A DNA stretch of 64,000 nucleotides from Octopus sinensis (taxonomy: Eukaryota), in NCBI RefSeq assembly GCF_006345805.1, contig NC_042999.1, positions 161,820,001 to 161,884,000 on the forward strand. The letters run 5' to 3'. Below are positions 61,585-64,000 of this stretch, in pieces. The position numbers and the translations under genes are program-made. The notes below the pieces were generated by a model. The model worked only from the letters and a program-made list of their open reading frames with translations, was not told where the DNA came from and did not search any database. Positions within the stretch are counted from its first letter, which is position 1. Each line of letters starts with the position of its first letter.

Positions 61585-61713
61585 ATGCTTTGTGTATGCT
61601 GTTTCTTGTTCTTGAATTGTAACTACAAGAAGTGGTTCTAAAGAACTTAACAGGTCCTGAAGTTTTAACCATGATGAAGTACGTGTAATGATAGTACAAA
61701 GTGCACATAATCT
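61585..61713 (-). CDS. Candidate upstream exon (129 nt) of the minus-strand gene
   Basis: Acceptor tatatattcag; weak donor CAT|gtatat. The frame ...MVKTSGPVKFFRTTSCSYNSRTRNSIHKA is open and phase-compatible with the 40-nt exon. Confidence 0.28.
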
Positions 61714-62656
61714 CTGAATATATATAAATGAATGAATGTTTGGTTCAACTCTTTTGCTAATCAATTGAAAGGGTTAATATTACAGGATTGTTATTTTGCA
61801 AAATTTGCTTTGACAAATTTTCTTTAAAATCAGAAACTCAGAATAATGACAAGTTCTTTGTCACAGCCTTAGGTTAAAAGAAGCATATTTGTGTCATATT
61901 TGTTTGTATGTACCTTGTATCATAGACATACACAATCACGTGATTTCCATATTGTTGATACTTCAGTATGAATAATGAATACTTTTACAGCCTACACTGG
62001 TAAAGTTGAAAGTTTACTTTCACATTCGCTTTTTGTTTCATTTATGGGACAGAACCCTTTTTTAGTGTATTTTATGTAGAAATTATAATAAATTTGACCA
62101 AACACTGCAATATTAAAGAAAAGTCAATGCATGTTATATATATGAATGTTTATTACAAACAAATAAACACAATTTTGTGCGTGTGAACTTGTCTCTTGAC
62201 AGAGCTACAGTACTGAGATCAAGCAAAGGCAAGATTGGGTGGCTAGCATCTAGAATATTATTAGATGCTCACAGATCTCAATGTCAGCAATGTGGTCCGT
62301 GGTATGTAAAGCCTTGCATTTTGTAAAGGGTTAGTGGTGGGCAAGAACAATGATAATCTCAAAGTGAGTTTAGGTATTGACAAAACCAACTGAACATTCT
62401 ATTCAAGAAGATTTTCAACTTGGGTACTAAAAACAAATTCCAGAAATCCTTAGCCTGTCAGAACTACACAGGAAAGAGTGGGGATCATTGCAAATCTGAG
62501 AAGCTCTAACAGCATGGAAGTGCTGCCAGCCAAGCCTGTCTGAGATACGTGCAAAATAATGAAACCAGTCTGTATACATTCATTCAATGTCCAATCACAA
62601 TTGACGAAGTAAAGTTATGTAGAACGGCTGTTGTTGCATATAGAACAAATCCAGAT

Positions 62657-63540
62657 CTTTCTCTCTCCCCTCTCTTTCTCCCTCTCTCTCTCTTTCCCTC
62701 TCCTCTCTTCCTTCTCTTTCTACCCTCTCTCTCTCTCTCTCTTTCCTCTCCTCTTTTCCTTCTCTTTCTACCCTCTCTCTCTCTCTCTTTCCTCTCCTCT
62801 CTTCCTTCTCTTTCTACCCCTCTCTCTCTCTCTCTTTCCTCTCCTCTCTTCCTTCTCTTTCTACCCTCTCTCTCTCTTTCCTCTCCTCTCTTCCTTCTCT
62901 TTCTACCCTCTCTCTCTCCCTTCTCTTTCTACCCTCTCTCTCTCTTTCCTCTCCTCTCTTCCTTCTCTTTCTCCCTCTCTCCCTTCTCTTTCTACCCTCT
63001 CTCTCTCTCTCTCTTTCCTCTCCTCTCTTCCTTCTCTTTCTACCCTCTCTCTCTCTCTTTCCTCTCCTCTCTTCCTTCTCTTTCTACCCTCTCTCTCTCT
63101 TTCCTCTCTCTCTCTTCCTTCTCTTTCTCCCTCTCTCTCTCTCTCTCCTCTCTCTCTCCTTCTCTTTCTCCCTCTCTCTCTCTCTTTCCTCTCCTCTCTT
63201 CTCTCTTTCTACCCTCTCTTTCTCCCTCTCTCCCTTCTCTTTCTACCCTCTCTCTCTCCTTCTCTTTCTACTCTCTCTCTCTCTCTTCCTTCTCTTCTCT
63301 TTCTACCCTCTCTCTCTCTCTTTCCTCTCCTCTCTTTCCTCTCCTCTCTCTCTCTCTTCCTTCTCTTTCTACCCTCTCTCTCTCTCTTTCCTCTCGTCTC
63401 TTCCTTCTCTTTCTACCCTCTCTCTCTCTCTTTCCTCTCGTCTCTTCCTTCTCTTTCTACCCTCTCTCTCTCTCTTTCCTCTCCTCTCCCCCTTCTCTTT
63501 CTACCCTCCCCTCTCTCTCTCTTTCTTTCTCTCTCTTTCC
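62657..63540. repeat. Polypyrimidine satellite: (CT)n-TTCCTCTCCTCTCTTCCTTCTCTTTCTACC
   Basis: About 880 bp almost entirely C/T on the plus strand; ~40-45-bp unit punctuated by a single A. Confidence 0.95.
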
Positions 63541-63796
63541 TACATGTATCTTAACTATAATTCTAGCAGTGAGCATTTGACAATCCCCATTCAAATACTG
63601 ACTTCGTAAATATGATGGTAGTGAGACATGGTCACTGAATGCAGAGAATGCGCAAAGGTTGGAGAGAAATGAAGCCATCAAGCACCTCTTGATGTATAAT
63701 GTTAATGGTACATGAGCCAAGAGATGAATTGGATGTAAAAAGAATCAGAAATAGTGTGCAAGAGAGATGACAGTGTTGTTATGGACATATAATATA

Positions 63797-64000
63797 CTAG
63801 CAGTATCGCCCGGCGTTGCTCGGGTTTGTAAGGGAAATAACTATATAAGCATTTTTAGAGATGTAAAGTATAATAGCCATCTCAATATGGCTAACCACAA
63901 AGGGGGGGGTGTTACTGTAGCTTTTTACGTTCTGAGATTTAATAATAAATTTTTAGAGAGTTACTTCCCTTATATATGCCAAAAATGCATTAAAAATGGG
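63797..64000 (-). mobile_element. Helitron 3' end (element continues off the right edge)
   Basis: Minus strand ends cccgagcaacgccggg-cgatactg-CTAG|T: the canonical GC hairpin plus CTAG terminus. Confidence 0.85.

Noticed and set aside
62549-63580. 343-aa and 307-aa Leu/Ser/Phe-rich ORFs
   Set aside because: Pyrimidine satellite cannot encode stop codons, so the long ORFs are trivial.

Overview
Repeat-dominated eukaryotic genomic DNA, most likely an octopus (inferred from recognising the tRNA-derived SINE and RTE-LINE families; not verified by search). There are no prokaryotic genes, true tRNA/rRNA genes or CRISPR arrays. Mobile elements: at least five decayed copies of one RTE-clade LINE family plus isolated 3' tails, a second RTE lineage (endonuclease part), and four or five tRNA-SINE types (about 20 copies). 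Also present are Penelope-like fragments (RT, inverted terminal repeats, a minimal hammerhead-ribozyme motif), a full-length DD37D maT transposon, two mariner remnants, a Buster/Charlie-type hAT remnant, three TTAA MITEs and two Helitron 3' ends, one with PIF1-helicase remnants. Tandem repeats include a 3.6-kb (GA)n-GTGATCAAGAAT-(GT)n satellite, a 0.9-kb pyrimidine satellite and many microsatellites. Host-gene evidence is limited to candidate exons. The best is a minus-strand model (61585-61713, 60640-60679, terminal exon 49766-49904) that splices in frame to a coiled-coil-like C-terminus ending KKLTIF*. Most interesting observations: (1) a PHD-finger pattern inserted inside the RT domain of the main RTE family; (2) a six-unit head-to-tail SINE concatemer inside one target-site duplication; (3) a minimal hammerhead motif; (4) two different SINEs inserted at the homologous site of two RTE copies; (5) a 195-bp local sequence apparently copied 2.3 kb away with a 17-bp TSD; (6) a rearranged Helitron with a triplicated/inverted 3' end. 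Coordinates of decayed elements are approximate and all alignments were done by eye.
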